Shown here one piece after another: positions 24,698-37,915 of a stretch of 64,000 nucleotides of DNA (within the stretch, counting starts at the first letter, position 1; the number at the start of each line of letters is the position of its first letter). The DNA lies in NCBI RefSeq assembly GCF_018977255.1, contig NW_024704742.1, positions 78,866,001-78,930,000 of the forward strand. The letters run 5' to 3'. This DNA comes from Callorhinchus milii. Taxonomy: Eukaryota. Below the pieces are notes generated by a model. The model did not search any database, had not been told where the DNA came from, and saw only the letters and a list, made by a program, of their open reading frames with translations. The position numbers and the translations under genes are program-made.

Positions 24698-27600
24698 TCA
24701 CTAGTCGGTCATTTGACATTCGACAAGTGTGGGTTTGAGCCCTTACTAGGTCTATGTCACAAGCTTGACCTGCATTGGGACCTTGTTGTCCTTAAAGAGG
24801 GATGAGCATGACCAGAGTCCTTAACCCTGAAGTAAATAAATAGACAAGTTAAAACATCAGGAGGGTGACAGTGCCAGCAGAAAGAAGACATCATGAGAAG
24901 GAGAGAATAGAATATAAAATATTCTGAACGACAATGTGAGGGCTTTTCAAACGCCCTGACAAGTAGATTGCTGCTGCTGATTCTGCAGTGAGGTATCATT
25001 ACTCAGACTCCTAGTTCATAGTTTCTGCTGTATTTCATTTGAAAAAGGACCGAATTGCCAAATGAAAGGGCCAAGCTCATGATTTCCTGAAGTCTCCCAA
25101 GTCTTGAGGTGCCAATGCAACCCAATATAAAAAAAGGCTGTGACAGTATCAGTGACAAAAATGAGTTCACAATGTCAGAATCATCAGATTGTATTGCAAT
25201 TGTATAGCACACTCTCCCATGCTTCATTTTATCCAATCTGAGTCTGAAAAGTTTTGATGATGAGCACAAGGGAGAATGCATTACAGTGTGAGGCTCTTTG
25301 TTCCCATGGGATCTATTGAGATCCTCACCACCTATCAGTAGCTCTATATTGCAATGGTTCACAGTAAATTCAGTGCTTTAGTTATCGTATTTAACATTGA
25401 TAATTCTGGAACGTTGCAATTTCCACTTGATAACTGAAGACGAGTGTGAGCCTATCCCTGACTCCTCTGGCAGGGTTAAGAATGGAATTGGGGATCACTT
25501 AAACAGTTTTGCAACTACTTTCAACTAACCCCTTTTCTACATGTCCACATTCCACATGGTTTCAACTTGGGGTGGGTGTAAAAATACAACTGAAGCCTCA
25601 CTTAGAAAAAATTAGGAACTGATTTTCTAGACCATACATCTGATTTTGCAACTAATTTCAACTAACCTCCTTTCTACACTTCCCTCATTGCAGATGGTCT
25701 CAATTGATCACGCGCTTTGAAAGAAAATCCCAAGATATTGATACATTTGAACTTCCACTATAATGTGTATCCATGAGATTGGACTAAGTTTTAATTGTAC
25801 ATAATGCAGGATGCAGGCCTAATCAATAGGTACTGAGCACTTGGAACAAGCAGATACAGTTGTACCCTAGCAAGACTTTGAATACAAAGTTGGTTAACTT
25901 GTCTGCTGTCTCAAACCATAAGTGTATCAAGTTGCTTTAAGTCATTTTGACTCTGACTTAATGTAAGACTTTGAGGTGTTGTCAATTGAATGTTTGTGAC
26001 CAATAAATGGCTCAATTGAACTGTTTTTGAGTCGTCATTATTCCCTCGTTAATTCAAACGGGATACTGTTTTTGTCTAGTCACTGGAATGTTAGGTACCA
26101 CCTCCGTGACACTTTACTGCAGGATTGTGACACGAATCTGGACCAAAGATTGTGGCACCACCATGATACGTGGCATTTTAGTGCCACTTCATAGGATACC
26201 AGCTCTACTCAATCTGAAATCTTTGGACTCACTTCAGGTAGACAAAGAGAAATTCTAGACACAGTTGTTAGCCACTGTATCAGTAAACATTCTCTTCGCA
26301 CTCAGCAAAGCTACCGATAAAGCAACAATAACTTGCATATATATATTAGTTTCGCCCACAAAATATACAGTCAGCTCACTTTACAGTGTAGTCTGTGAAG
26401 CGCTTTGAGACGTCTTGAAGATGTGATAAGGTGCTTTATAAAATGCAGATATTATTATTACTATTCACTTGGGGTAATGTCTCAGAGTGCTAAAGCAGAA
26501 GCTGAAGCCCAAGAGAAGGTATCTTATAGCCACTGCAGGGGTGTAAGCTGCCTTCTCTTGGGTTTCACCTTTAAGCAATCCAAGATGGTAAGCTAAGCCT
26601 CCTTCTATGCATCTTTCCAAATTCTTATTCAATATGAATTTCCAGCGAACTCTAGGAATTCATACTGGATAAGAATTTGAAAGATGCAGAGAAAGAATTA
26701 TTTAGCATATTTAAATCAATAAAGTGAACGTCCATTCCTTCGGCCACACCTGCAATCGAAATAACTTCTCAATAAAACTAGTACACACAATGGTACAGTG
26801 GAAGAGAGCTTAATTGGGCACAGCAATGGGTCACAAACAGTCGTAGTTTGAATGCCCAAATTCTTTTTTTTTGAAGGGATTATTACACCAGGAAAAAACA
26901 ATCCACTTTACTGTATATTCTGTGAAGTGCTTTGAGACGTCTTGAAGATGTGATAAGGTGCTATATGAAATGCAGGTATTATTATTATTAGTAGTATTAT
27001 TATTCATTTGTAGTAATGTCTCAGAGTGCTAAAGCTAATTGGGGAATAACAAGGGAGTTCCTACTTACTGCTAGGTGAACAGAGGCGTGTGGAATGAGGA
27101 AAGTTGCTCAACGTTTTGCTCTGTCCGGAATCAAACCCGGGTCCTCTCGCATGAGAGGTGAGTGCTCTAACCATTGAGATACATGACTTCACCTGTATCA
27201 GGAACTTACCTAAATTAGATCTCAGATACAAAATATACAGTCACTAACTTTATAGTAAATCCGGTGACACACTTTGAAATATCCTCCTGATAGAAAGTCG
27301 CTCTATCAAATTATTATTATTATTATTATCTCTCCAGTTTATGCTACTGGTTCAGTCTTATAAACACAAACTTCTTATCCAGACAAGATAATTATCCAGA
27401 GATCCAGATAATTTCTTATCTAGTCTTATCCAAATTTCTTATCCGCACATCTTAAAAGAGAGCCTTGACTTCACAGCGCAACTTTACTCTGACACAGGAG
27501 CCTGCTATGGATAAGTAGACACATGCAGATGCACAGCAGTCTGCTAAACAAGTGATCAACAAAGTCTCTTTCAATCCTAAACAGCAAGTCCTGAGCATTG

Positions 27601-28178
27601 TTACATTTGATGTGCATGTGGGTGGTTCTGCCTAAAAGCACTTTAAAAATCCAAATGCCATGTGAATTCATTTGTTTGCTTTGCCTGATGACATTTACAG
27701 GCATCTCTGAACATGTTCTTTGATTTATTTGACTCATTAAGTGACATTAGTGCAGTACTAAGTGGAATTAATTTTGTGTTTGTACTAACAGTTAACTTTT
27801 GTTGCTTAAAAATGTTCTAAAGGGTGCAGCTAATGGCTGTAATTTTGCATTAGTGTCACAAGTTTGAAGAATATATGAGCTAAATAAAGTTATTCAAATA
27901 TAAATGTAGCTTAAGTGGATTCACTCAACACTCCCTAGTGAACTAGTGACCCCCTCCCACCCATTCCCTGAATACATTTACTGCCATTATTACACAGTTC
28001 AGAACTTTACAGCTGAGGGCTTAACTTGGCTCAAAATCTAAAATACTGCCCACAGAAATTAAGTTTTCTCCCTCAGTTTTTCAACATTTTATGTCAATCG
28101 ATTTCTGCTTAATAAATGTAAACCCAAAGCAATGCTCTTGGACACACTCAGATGGCAGAACAAGAGTGCACAGATTTT

Positions 28179-28443
28179 AATAATAATAATAATAATAATC
28201 CTTGCATTTGATATAGCGCTTTTCACGTCGGGAGGACGTCCCAAAGCGCTTCACAGAACACACTGTAAAGTGAATTGACTGTATATTTGTGGGCGAACGC
28301 GGCAGCCAATTGCGCACATCAATGTCCCACAAACAGTCGTAGATTGAAAATGACCAATTTAATTATTGTTTTTGGTTTTTTGGAGGGATTATTATTAGGC
28401 GTGTGGAGTAAGGAAACTTGCCCAAGGTTTCGCCCTGCCTGGA
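28179..28443 (-). mobile_element. Young tRNA SINE, 5'-truncated
   Basis: Reverse complement of the consensus from the (att)n tail to ccaggcagggcgaaacc. Confidence 0.9.
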
Positions 28444-28444
28444 A

Positions 28445-28675
28445 AGTTTAAAGTTGCAACAGGCAATTTCAGGCCTGACAGCGGGAAGTATTTCTTTACT
28501 AAGAGGGTAATTAATGAGTGGAACAAATTACCAGGAAGAGGAGTTGAGGCCGGAATACTTGACTCATTGAACAAAAGCAACTTTGTGCTGTGATGGGAGG
28601 ATGATACGGTAGATATTCTGCAAAATGAGATCAAATAGGCCAAAAGGTCTTCTTCATCCAAACCAATTTTGTGAT
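28445..28675 (+). mobile_element. CR1 LINE 3' fragment
   Basis: Translates YFFTKRVINEWNKLP, followed by a CR1-like 3' UTR. Confidence 0.75.
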
Positions 28676-29169
28676 ATTCAAAAGAGGGTTGGCTTACCCT
28701 GGGTAGAGTGCACATCATACAATACTGCACCAAACAAAGAAGAAACTCACCGCTAATTTGGTTTTCACCCAGTGCTTACCTCAGATTTGTGTCTAAAACA
28801 CAATTATTTATATTGGATTTTCCAATATTTTTGCCAACTCCCAAGAACTTTTCATACACCCAACCACTTTGCAGAGTGGAGTTCCTACGCATTGCGTCTG
28901 ATTGACAGAGGGAGTAACCATCTGTGAAACAGAATCCTTATTAAGGAATCCAATTAAATAACTCTCTGGGCTTTAGACTATAATCTCAGAGTTTGAAGTG
29001 TAATTTATCAATTCCCTACTTTATGGAAGTTCAAAGAAAGATCCCAAGAGATTTTCTGGTTTCACCCCATTAAATGGTTTCCTACGTCCAAGTATAACCA
29101 GAGTATCCTTCATCCCACCTCACTTGGGGCCCGAAGGACAGTGTCCAAGCAAAAGTTCACATCTACCAC

Positions 29170-30385
29170 AAACAAACAACAACTATACGAAGTTGTATAG
29201 TGGCTTTCATGTTGGGAGGACATCCCAAGGCGCTGGACAATCAGTGTTTCGGACACAAGCTGGGGGTCGGGGGGCAGGGGGGAAGGAGGGTGATTGAAGG
29301 TACAGTTGAATAGGAAGGTTTTGGGTCTTGAAGGAGGCAAGGAAAGGGGAGAGGTGAATTGATTGCGGGATGGAGTTCCAGAGAGTGGGAGCAGAGTGGC
29401 TGAAGGCCTGTCCGCCAATGGTGGAGCGGGTGAAGCAGGGGATGTGAAGCTCTCATCCAGGACCTGATGTCTGACAAACATTCTGTCAGGACAGCAGTGG
29501 TCCTGGAGTCAAGGGTAGAGGTACAGTTGTGTGTCTACCGCATACATGTGATCCCGTGTCTGTGGATGATGTCACCTTGAGGGAGCATATAGATATTGAA
29601 GAGGAGGGGACCAAGGACAAAGCCCCGAGGAATGCCGGACGAGATGGTGCGGGGGCTAGAGGAGAAGCTGTTTGTGGAGATGATGTGTGAGAGGTACGAT
29701 CTGAACCGTCATGTACAGAACCATGAAGGTTGAGGTGACAGGAGAGGCAGTGAATGAGGATAGAGTGGTCGATGGTGTCAAAGGCAGCAGAGAGGTCAAG
29801 GAGGACGAGGAGGCAGAGGGAGCCCTGGTAGCAGATGGATAAAATGTCATTTGTCACTTTGACCAGGGCTCTTTCTGTGCTGTGGGTGGCACAGAAACCC
29901 GATTGAAGGGGTTTGTGAAGGGAATGGTGGGAGAGGAAGGGGCGAAGCTGGGAAGCAACAACTCATTCTAGAACCTTGGAAAGGAAAGGGAGGTTGGCGA
30001 TGGGGTGGTAATTTGAGAGCAGGGATGGGTCCAGGGAGGGTTTTTAAAAGATAGGAGTGATGACGGCCGTTTTTAAAGGGGTGGAAATGATGCCAGTCGA
30101 CAGGGAGAGCTTTATGATGTCTGCGAGTAAAAGGGCAAGGAGGTGGAGCTGGGAGGTAAGGAGAGGGTTAGGGATTGGGTCGATGGAGCAGGTTGTCTAT
30201 TTCATGTGGGTTATAGTGATGGTGAGAGTGGAGGAGGCCACAGGTTCGAAGGTGTGGAGGGTGGAATGGGTAGGGACTGGTGTGTGAGGGGGAGATGGGG
30301 AGGGGGTAGTAGACCGAAGGGCAGAGGCAGCTGAGCGGATCCCCTCGATTTTGGTTTTGACGATGTCCAGCATCGCCTCGCAGTT
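29170..30385 (-). mobile_element. Decayed, internally deleted L2 copy
   Basis: ORF 29486..29857 contains TNDIL...[16 protein letters not shown]. 3' tail near 29170. Confidence 0.88.
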
Positions 30386-30821
30386 GGCATTGGAGGAGAG
30401 GATGGGGGAGGTGTGACCTCTGATACTGAAATAACAATTGTACTGAATGCCCTCGTATCTTCCATCTAATACCTTGAGAAACCCCTCTTAAGCTACGCAG
30501 AAACCCACAGTGATGACAGCAGTCAGCCTGACTCATCAGCAGGAACTGAAGGGATAGACCAGTCACTGGGAAAGCGATCCTTTCTACTTGAGCTTGCTGG
30601 TGTATGCAATGGTAACCTGCCTGGTTTTAGCTGGTTAAACTCTAGCAGTACTTAATGTCCACTTTGGGGTTCCCAAGCTTTGCCTCTTGCAAACCTGTGC
30701 CTACATTTTCCAGCATTAGCTTAACAGGTGAGAGAGTGTGCACTTCATTCTAGAGAAAGGGAAAAATCCATGCAGAACTATCAGAAGTTTGGTATATATT
30801 CTTAAGTATGGTGATGGGTTT

Positions 30822-32582
30822 CCACATTTTCCACTACGCGCCAACATCATTAACCTCTCCTTGTCATCTGGCACTGTTCCTTCCCCCTCAAAACAGCCAC
30901 TATCATCCCCACCTTGAAGAAACCTTCCCTCAATCCATCAGAGCTATCCAGCTACTGGCCCATCTCAAATCTCCCTTTCCTATCCAAGGTCCTTGAGAGA
31001 GCCATTGCCTCCCAGCTTCACTCTTTCCTCTCCTCTCACTCCCTCCATGAACCTCTCCAATCGGATTTCTGTGCTGTCCACAGCACGGAAACTGCTCTGG
31101 TCAAGGTCACAAACGACATCCTGACCACGTGTGACCAGGACTTCCTCTGCCTCCTCGTCCTCCTTGACCTCTCCACTGCTTTTGATACCGTAGACCACTC
31201 AATCCTCTTCCACTGCCTCTCCTCCCACCTTAATTGTCAAGGTTCTGTCCTTGACTGGTTCAGGTCCTACCTTTCACACCGCCTCCACTTTGTCACGACA
31301 AACGGCTTCTCCTCCAGCCCACGTACTGTCTAGTGTGGTGTTCCTCAGGGCTCTGTCCTTGGTCCCCTCCTCTTCACCCTCTACATGCTCCCCTTGGTGA
31401 CGTCATCCGCAGAAATGGGGTAAACTTCCACATGTAAGCGGATGATACCCAATTCTACCTCTCTGCTTCCACCCTGAACTCCAGGACTACTGACGTCCTA
31501 ACCGACTGCCTGTCCGACATCAAGTCCTGGACGAGGGCCAACTTTCTCCAACTCAACGTCAGCAAGACTGAGGCCCTCCTGATTGGCTCGCGCCAGTGCC
31601 TCCGCACCTCAGGCGCTGGCAGCATCAGCCTCCACGGCTGCACACTCAACCTCACTAAGCCAGTCAGGAACCTGGGTGTCTTGTTTGACCCTGAACTGTC
31701 GTTTCTCCCCCACATCGGCGCCATAACCGGCACTGCCTACCACCACCTCTGCAATATTGCTGGACTCCGCCACTGCTTCACCCCTCAGGCTGCCAAAACC
31801 CTCACCCACACATCAAGGCTTGACTACGGGAACTCCCTCTTCATTGGCCTTCCGAACTCTTCCCTTCACAAGCTGCAGATCATCCAAAACTCTGCAGCTC
31901 ATGTACTTTCATGTACTCGCTTTGCAAGTGAGAGACCTGAGTTCAATTCCAGGCAGGTCAGGGCGAAACCTTGGGCAAGTTTCCTTACTCCACACGCCTA
32001 ATAATAATCCCTCCAAAACCAAAAACAATAATAAATTGGTCATTTTCAATCTACGACTGTTTGTGGGACATTGCTGTGCGCAATTGGCTGCCGCGTTCAC
32101 CAACAAATATACAGTCAATTCACTTTACAGTGTGTTCTGTGAAGCGCTTTGGGACGTCCTCCCGACGTGAAAAGCGCTATATCAAATGCAAGGATTATTA
32201 TTATTATTATTATTATTTCATGCACCAGGCACCGCAACCCATCACTCCCACCCTCGCCCGACTCCACTGGCTCCCCATTCCCCAGCGGATCGAGTTCAAG
32301 ATCCTCGTCCTCACCTTTAAGGCCATCCATGGCCTTGCCCCCTCCTACCTCTCTGATCTGCTGACTCCCGACCAAACTGCCCGCTCCCTCCGTTCATCAG
32401 GCTCCGGCCTGCCCCATGTCTCCCGCCCGACCCGCCCTACCATCAGTTGCCAGGCTTTCAGCCTCTCTGCCCCCACACTCTGGAACTCCATCCCACGGAC
32501 CCTTCGCCTCGCTTCCTCCCTTGCCTCCTTCAAGGCCGGTCGTGAAAGGCGATCTATAAATGTAATTTTGCTGTTGTTGTTG
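30822..32582 (+). mobile_element. 5'-truncated L2 copy with stops and frameshifts, interrupted by a SINE at 31913-32215
   Basis: ORFs 30914..31333, 31681..32001 and the tail of 31971..32591 match L2 ORF2. Ends in (ttg)n. Confidence 0.92.
31913..32215 (+). mobile_element. Young tRNA SINE, slightly 5'-truncated, inserted in L2
   Basis: Consensus SINE from actcgctttgcaag to (att)n, flanked by tttcatgtac and tttcatgcac. Confidence 0.92.
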
Positions 32583-32832
32583 TCACACTAAGAAAATACT
32601 ACCATGAACACACACTGGTATAAAAGTTTATATGGATTGGTTTGTACCTCCTGTTCTGTGCCCACACAATTTTATCTGTGAGTTTAAGGGCGTTTGAATT
32701 ATCATTTAGAGTTGAGTATAATTGCTACACAGAGACTTTGTGATTGTACATTAATATCCCGCTCAATAAACCTTGGCACTTCTTGTGCCTTCACACACTT
32801 ATTTCAGTAAATATGTCCTGAATATAGACCAC

Positions 32833-33007
32833 CTTGATCAGCCTGGTTTGTGTCAGACAAGTAGAAGACAAGACCATCCGCGATGTTGGTCGATATCATC
32901 AGTGTGAGAGTGTTGAACAGAAACGGTGTGGCTGTGGGAAACATCCTGGGCAATTCTGTAACGGTTGCTCCATCAAAACGTACCGGCCCAATTAACGTCC
33001 TGGAAAC
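32833..33007 (-). CDS. Internal exon of laminin alpha-like gene: start of laminin G domain, VSRTLIGPVRFDGATVTELPRMFPTATPFLFNTLTLMISTNIADGLVFYLSDTNQADQ
   Basis: Acceptor gttttgctgtgatggcag and donor gtggtc. 175 nt, phase 0 in and phase 1 out. LG motifs V.FDG, NTLTL, T...DGLVFYL. Confidence 0.88.
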
Positions 33008-33677
33008 CTGCCATCACAGCAAAACACAGAGAGTTAGAGGAACAGAATATTAATGGGGAGTGTGAAGAACACATTGTGTTCATCCAAAGTCGACTTTGCT
33101 ATCAAAACCGCCATAAAATTGGTAGCAATTTTCAATAGATTTATGCGGATCATCTCATATTAATAGTCAATTTCATGGGTAGTGCACAAGTGTAAATGGC
33201 TCCCATTAATGACGGCGGGTGAGTTGTGATGAAATACGAAGCTTACTGGGGACACAAAATTGGCTGATTATAATTCTAATACCAATAGTAAAATAAATCT
33301 TTTTTTTTATTTGAATGAAGAGCATCCATACCGAGTTAAGGAGGAATACCGAGCAATTATTATTATTATAATTCGCGAAACTGAATTCTTTTAACAATTT
33401 GCCATAGATTTAAGAAACAGCTTACCCACCTCTTATCAAATGCACTGGCCATTGAATATCCAACTTATTCCATGAATAGCTCGCAATAGTAATTTTAATC
33501 CATAAGACTGTTTTAAAATTACGATTCGCCCACTTCAAGACTCAAGACTGTTGATTTAGGTGGGTGATTGCACGATTGCTAGCAGTTCACAGATATACAC
33601 AACAGTTCCCTGAACTAACAGGTTTTCAATGAAAGTCTCACATTGGGACTGTTGTGATCCCACATCATAACTGAAAT

Positions 33678-34722
33678 TGTAAATATATGTTAAATTGTAT
33701 AGTCAAAAGCATTATTTTAATCAATGGTTAGAAATGCTTATGTTGGATAGCACTATTTTAATTAATGGTTAAAAATGGTTATGTCAGCTAGAAAAATGTC
33801 AACATGACTTGTTTAATACAGCTGAAGTTTGTTGAAGATGTTTTTGCATAACAAATTCATGTTAGTGTTAAAAATGTTTTCTATAACAATTCAAGTTTTA
33901 GAACAATTCTGCAGATCATAAGCTTAGAAAGAAGTTCTTCTATAACAATAACAATTCTGCAGATGTAGTAACAATTCCGCAGGTTATATTTTATTATTAT
34001 TTTTATGTGAGATTTTGCATTCTCTTCCTGACTGTGGAAAATCGTTTATAAAAGATGTATGGTTGAACTATATTTTGTACAGTTTAGGATACAGCATATC
34101 AGCTGCTGTCCACACAAGAGCCATCTTTCATGTGATAATATGCAGTGGTGAAGCAAATGTGTTGTCTTCAGGGTAAAAACCTGTCATGACTTGGACTATT
34201 CCATCGTTTCATCAACTTTCGTTGATTCCAGTAATTTCAGAAAGAAGGAAAGCTAACATGACTAACAGGATTGCTGAAAACTTTTGGAAAGCAACAGGAG
34301 GAGAAGAATAACAGTGTATAACAACTGCGAAATAAAGTACACAGCTCAGCTGTACACCATTGAAGATTCAACTTTGACTTTGTAATCAACGAACCAAGCA
34401 AGAGGTTTCAGGTCTGAAGCAAGAGACTTTTTGTCTAATGCAAGACTTTTGCCTGCCGTTTGTGAACTTACCAATTGACGTTACCAAAAAAACAAAGATT
34501 CGAATGATTTATGGACTGACCAACTACTAATTCTGTTACTTTGATACGGACATGTGTCTATGCTATTGATCTGTCTGTTGTATTTGTGATAATTGAACTA
34601 ACAGATTTTACATTTCTTATTAAGTAAAGAATTTTTCAAAGCATAAGTTGCTGAATTTCTGTTGTTCTCTGTTCTCGGGTCCTTAATTAAAGGAGGGCTA
34701 GCAAGAATAAGCTGGTTTTACT
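33678..34722 (+). mobile_element. Possible solo LTR
   Basis: About 1 kb non-coding block starting TGTAA, with short internal repeats, TATA-like and AATAAA/AGTAAA motifs. No partner LTR or TSD confirmed. Confidence 0.25.
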
Positions 34723-36048
34723 ATAATAATAATAATAATAATCCTTGCATTTGATATAGCATTTTTCACAACTTCTGGACGTCTCATTGTCCAAAACACA
34801 ACAGGACCTCAGCTCATAATCCAAATGGACACTCCAGTGCAGTCGTGGGAGAACTCTGAATTGTCAGCGTTCAGAAAATCCCATGACACTATTTGAAAAG
34901 AAAAGGGTTTTTTCCTGGAGCCCTTGCCAATAACCCTGCAAGTAAATTGATCATTAACTAAAAAACTGTGAGACTTTACTCACTGGATGCTAAAGTTGCC
35001 TAAAACTATACAGTCACTGCACATTACAGCAGTGTTTTGAGACATTTTAACATTATAGACATTCTAACAAATGCAATGATTATTCTTAGGATTATTAAAT
35101 ATAGTCTCACTAGCACAGGAGAGCTGACCACTACTGTTAAAGCTGCTCCCATTCCTGACTGCTTTAAAAAGGATATAGCAGCTTGTAAATAGTGAGCACA
35201 CAACATATATATGCAGCAGTTTAATGAGGTTTTATGCTGCAAGCATAAGGCAAAGGCAACAACAGCTGCTTAGATAGAGAACATTTAAATGATAATCACA
35301 GCAGTTTCCCGTTGCAAGTTAAAGCAAAAAGTATTTTCCTTGTCAGTCTTATGTCACTTGTGTACTCTTCAATATTGTGTTTGCTCATCAATGCTGACAA
35401 TTGTTTACCCATCAATAGAGATCTTTGTTTACTATCAATATCTCTTTCACTTTTACATGTTAAATTGCATTCAGTGTTTTTGACGTGAAAGGGCTAACTG
35501 CTCGTGCAATATTGAGAAAAAATGTCGGCAGTTTATAAAACTTCAACAACTTCATCCCTTTGATAGAGGTAAAGCACAAACTCTGCCACATGGCTGAAAA
35601 CTATCTTGTTAATACCCTCCACTGCATTAGTGCATTATCATGACATGGTCCAGGAATGTCAGTCAGCCTATTCTCTATAACTAGGGAAAAGAACATGAAA
35701 ACACTTATGGTAATTATACAGTTGAATTGATTGTTTTTATATGATTCTGTTATCTCTGCTTATCTTGAACACAGGCATATTTAGTTGTGCATTTGAATTG
35801 GCAAGACAGAGTTACTGAATGTTGCAGCACAGAAACGAGACACTCAGCCCATCAAGCCTGCAATGGTACTTTTTTCCACATGAGTCACCCAGTCTAATTT
35901 CACTCTCCTGCTTGACCTAAAAGTTTGTTGTGTGATCTGTGTCCTGGTACAATGTTACAGGTGCTGCACAACCACTGGCTTTATTTCGGAGAATCAGACA
36001 TGGAAATGACATGCATGGAATATTATTTCACACACTAACTTCATTTGT

Positions 36049-36377
36049 GGAGTCCTGTAGCTCAGTGGTTAGAGCACTCGCTTTGCAAGCGAGAGACCTG
36101 AGTTCAATTCCAGGCACAGGGCGAAACCTTGGGCAAGTTTCCTTACTCCACACGCCTAATAATAATCCCTCCAAAACTAAAAACAATAATTAAATTGGTC
36201 ATTTTCAATCTACGACTGTTTGTGAGACATTGCTGTGCGCAATTGGCTGCCGCGTTCGCCCACAAATATGCAGTCAATTCACTTTACAGTGTGTTCTGTG
36301 AAGCTCTTTGGGACGTCCTCCAGACGTGAAAAGCGCTATATCAAATGCAAGGATTATTATTATTTTATTATTATTAT
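36049..36377 (+). mobile_element. Young tRNA-Ala SINE (full length)
   Basis: ggagtcctgtagctcagtggttagagcactcgctttgcaagcgagagacctgagttcaattcc head with A and B boxes and a TGC anticodon-like loop. Confidence 0.93.
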
Positions 36378-36689
36378 CCATATTAAGCTTCCCAAATCAG
36401 GTAAATACTGTAATGCCACAAAGATAGCTGGAGACCTAGAAACATCTAGAACAGGCACTGTGATGTGCATCTCTCTGTCTTGTCATTTTTAATGGAGATT
36501 TTCTAAACATAATTCTTGGCTTTCTTCCAACACCTAACCTCTAATTGAGTCTGAAAGAAAGATGTCTTTCAATAGCTCCAGAGAGATTATGGAAAACAAA
36601 CAGCTTAGTCAAGGAATAATAATTTAAACACCATTTTATTCTCTGTGCTAAGACTGGCGGGTTAGATTTTTCAAGGTCAAGCAAGCACC

Positions 36690-37280
36690 CTTGGTGTTTG
36701 GTTCAACCCTTAGCTTTCTTTCCTCTCTTCCCTCTCAATCGCTTTCTGAGACCTCTGTCCTGTATCTTTCTCACATTGCCCATCTCTGTCCCTATCTCAC
36801 CCTCAACACTAACAAATCCCTCATTCATTTCTTCATCACATCCAGACAATACTTTACAAAGCCTTCTTATTCGGTCTCCCCAGCTTTACTATCCCCGAGT
36901 TCCAACTCATTCAAAACTCCACCACTCTGCACAAATCTCTGTTTGCTCATTACCCTGTCCTCACCAGGCTCCACTGATTTCCATTGCATTATCTTGAAGA
37001 TCTTCAACTTCACCTATAAATTCCTTCACAACCTCATCCCTTTCTACCTTTGTGATCTTCTCGAGCTTAACTCTTCTGCCCACCCTTTCCTATCGACAAT
37101 CTTGGTCTGCTGTGTATTTTCCTTACCCATTCCACACATTTTACCATCAGCAGCCAAGCCTTCAGTTAATTTGGCCTCAACATCTGGAATATCCTCTTCA
37201 ATCCTTTTTGGCTCTCCACCTCTCACTCTCTCTCTCTTCAAAAAATGGCAAAAAAAAATGTTCGACCATGCCTTCGGTTG
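36690..37280 (+). mobile_element. Old decayed L2 C-terminal fragment
   Basis: ORF 36691..37284 has remnants LIHFFITSR, LKIFNFTYKFLH and FDHAF. Confidence 0.7.
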
Positions 37281-37509
37281 CTGAACTGGCTCCAAGGTGA
37301 CATGCCTGACAACAGAATGTCTGAATTCGAGCCAGTCCTCTGCAGCAGTCTCAGTAGTCTGGTTCCTGAGCCAGCAATATCAATGGCAAGCTATGTGTTT
37401 TTAGCTGGTTAAATTCCAGTATTACTCTAACACACACTCTGGGGACCCCAAGCCTTGACTCTTGCCAACCTGCACCTAATACTTTCTGAAATTAGGTAAG
37501 CATCTGGAA

Positions 37510-37915
37510 AACAAAAACCTAAACGGGATAGAGGAGCAAAGGGATCTTGGGGGACACATACACAATTCACTAAAAGTAGCAACACAGGTTAATAAGGCCA
37601 TAAAAAAGGCAAACCAGGCATTGTGGTTCATTTCTAGAGGGATGGAAATAAATAGCAGGGAAGTTATGGTAAACTGCTCTAGAACCTTGGTTAGACCACA
37701 CTTAGAATACTGTGTGCAGTTCTTGTCCCCACATTATAGATGGGATTTCGATGTATTTAAGGGGAAGCTGGATTGGTACATGAGGGAGAAAGGAATAGAA
37801 GGTTATGTTTGAAGGCTAAGTTGAGAAAGGGCAGGAGGAGGCTAATGTGGAGCATGAACATCGGCATAGACCAGTTGGGCCGAATGGCCTGTTTCCCTGC
37901 TGTATATTCTAATGT
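37510..37915 (+). mobile_element. CR1 LINE fragment (internally deleted)
   Basis: RTLVRPHLEYCVQF motif and CR1 3' UTR gggccgaatggcctgtttcc. Confidence 0.85.

Noticed and set aside
25003..25362. 119-aa minus-strand ORF inside the laminin-like intron
   Set aside because: No recognisable motif or fitting splice sites, and not needed for the reading frame.
31971..32591. 206-aa ORF and the recurring MGKFPYSTRLIII ORFs
   Set aside because: Chance read-through of SINE sequence, here fused to an L2 C-terminus; not host genes.
36049..36120. tRNA-Ala(TGC)-like gene, and similar heads elsewhere
   Set aside because: Each continues into a SINE body and tail and lacks a proper acceptor stem and terminator, so these are SINE heads.
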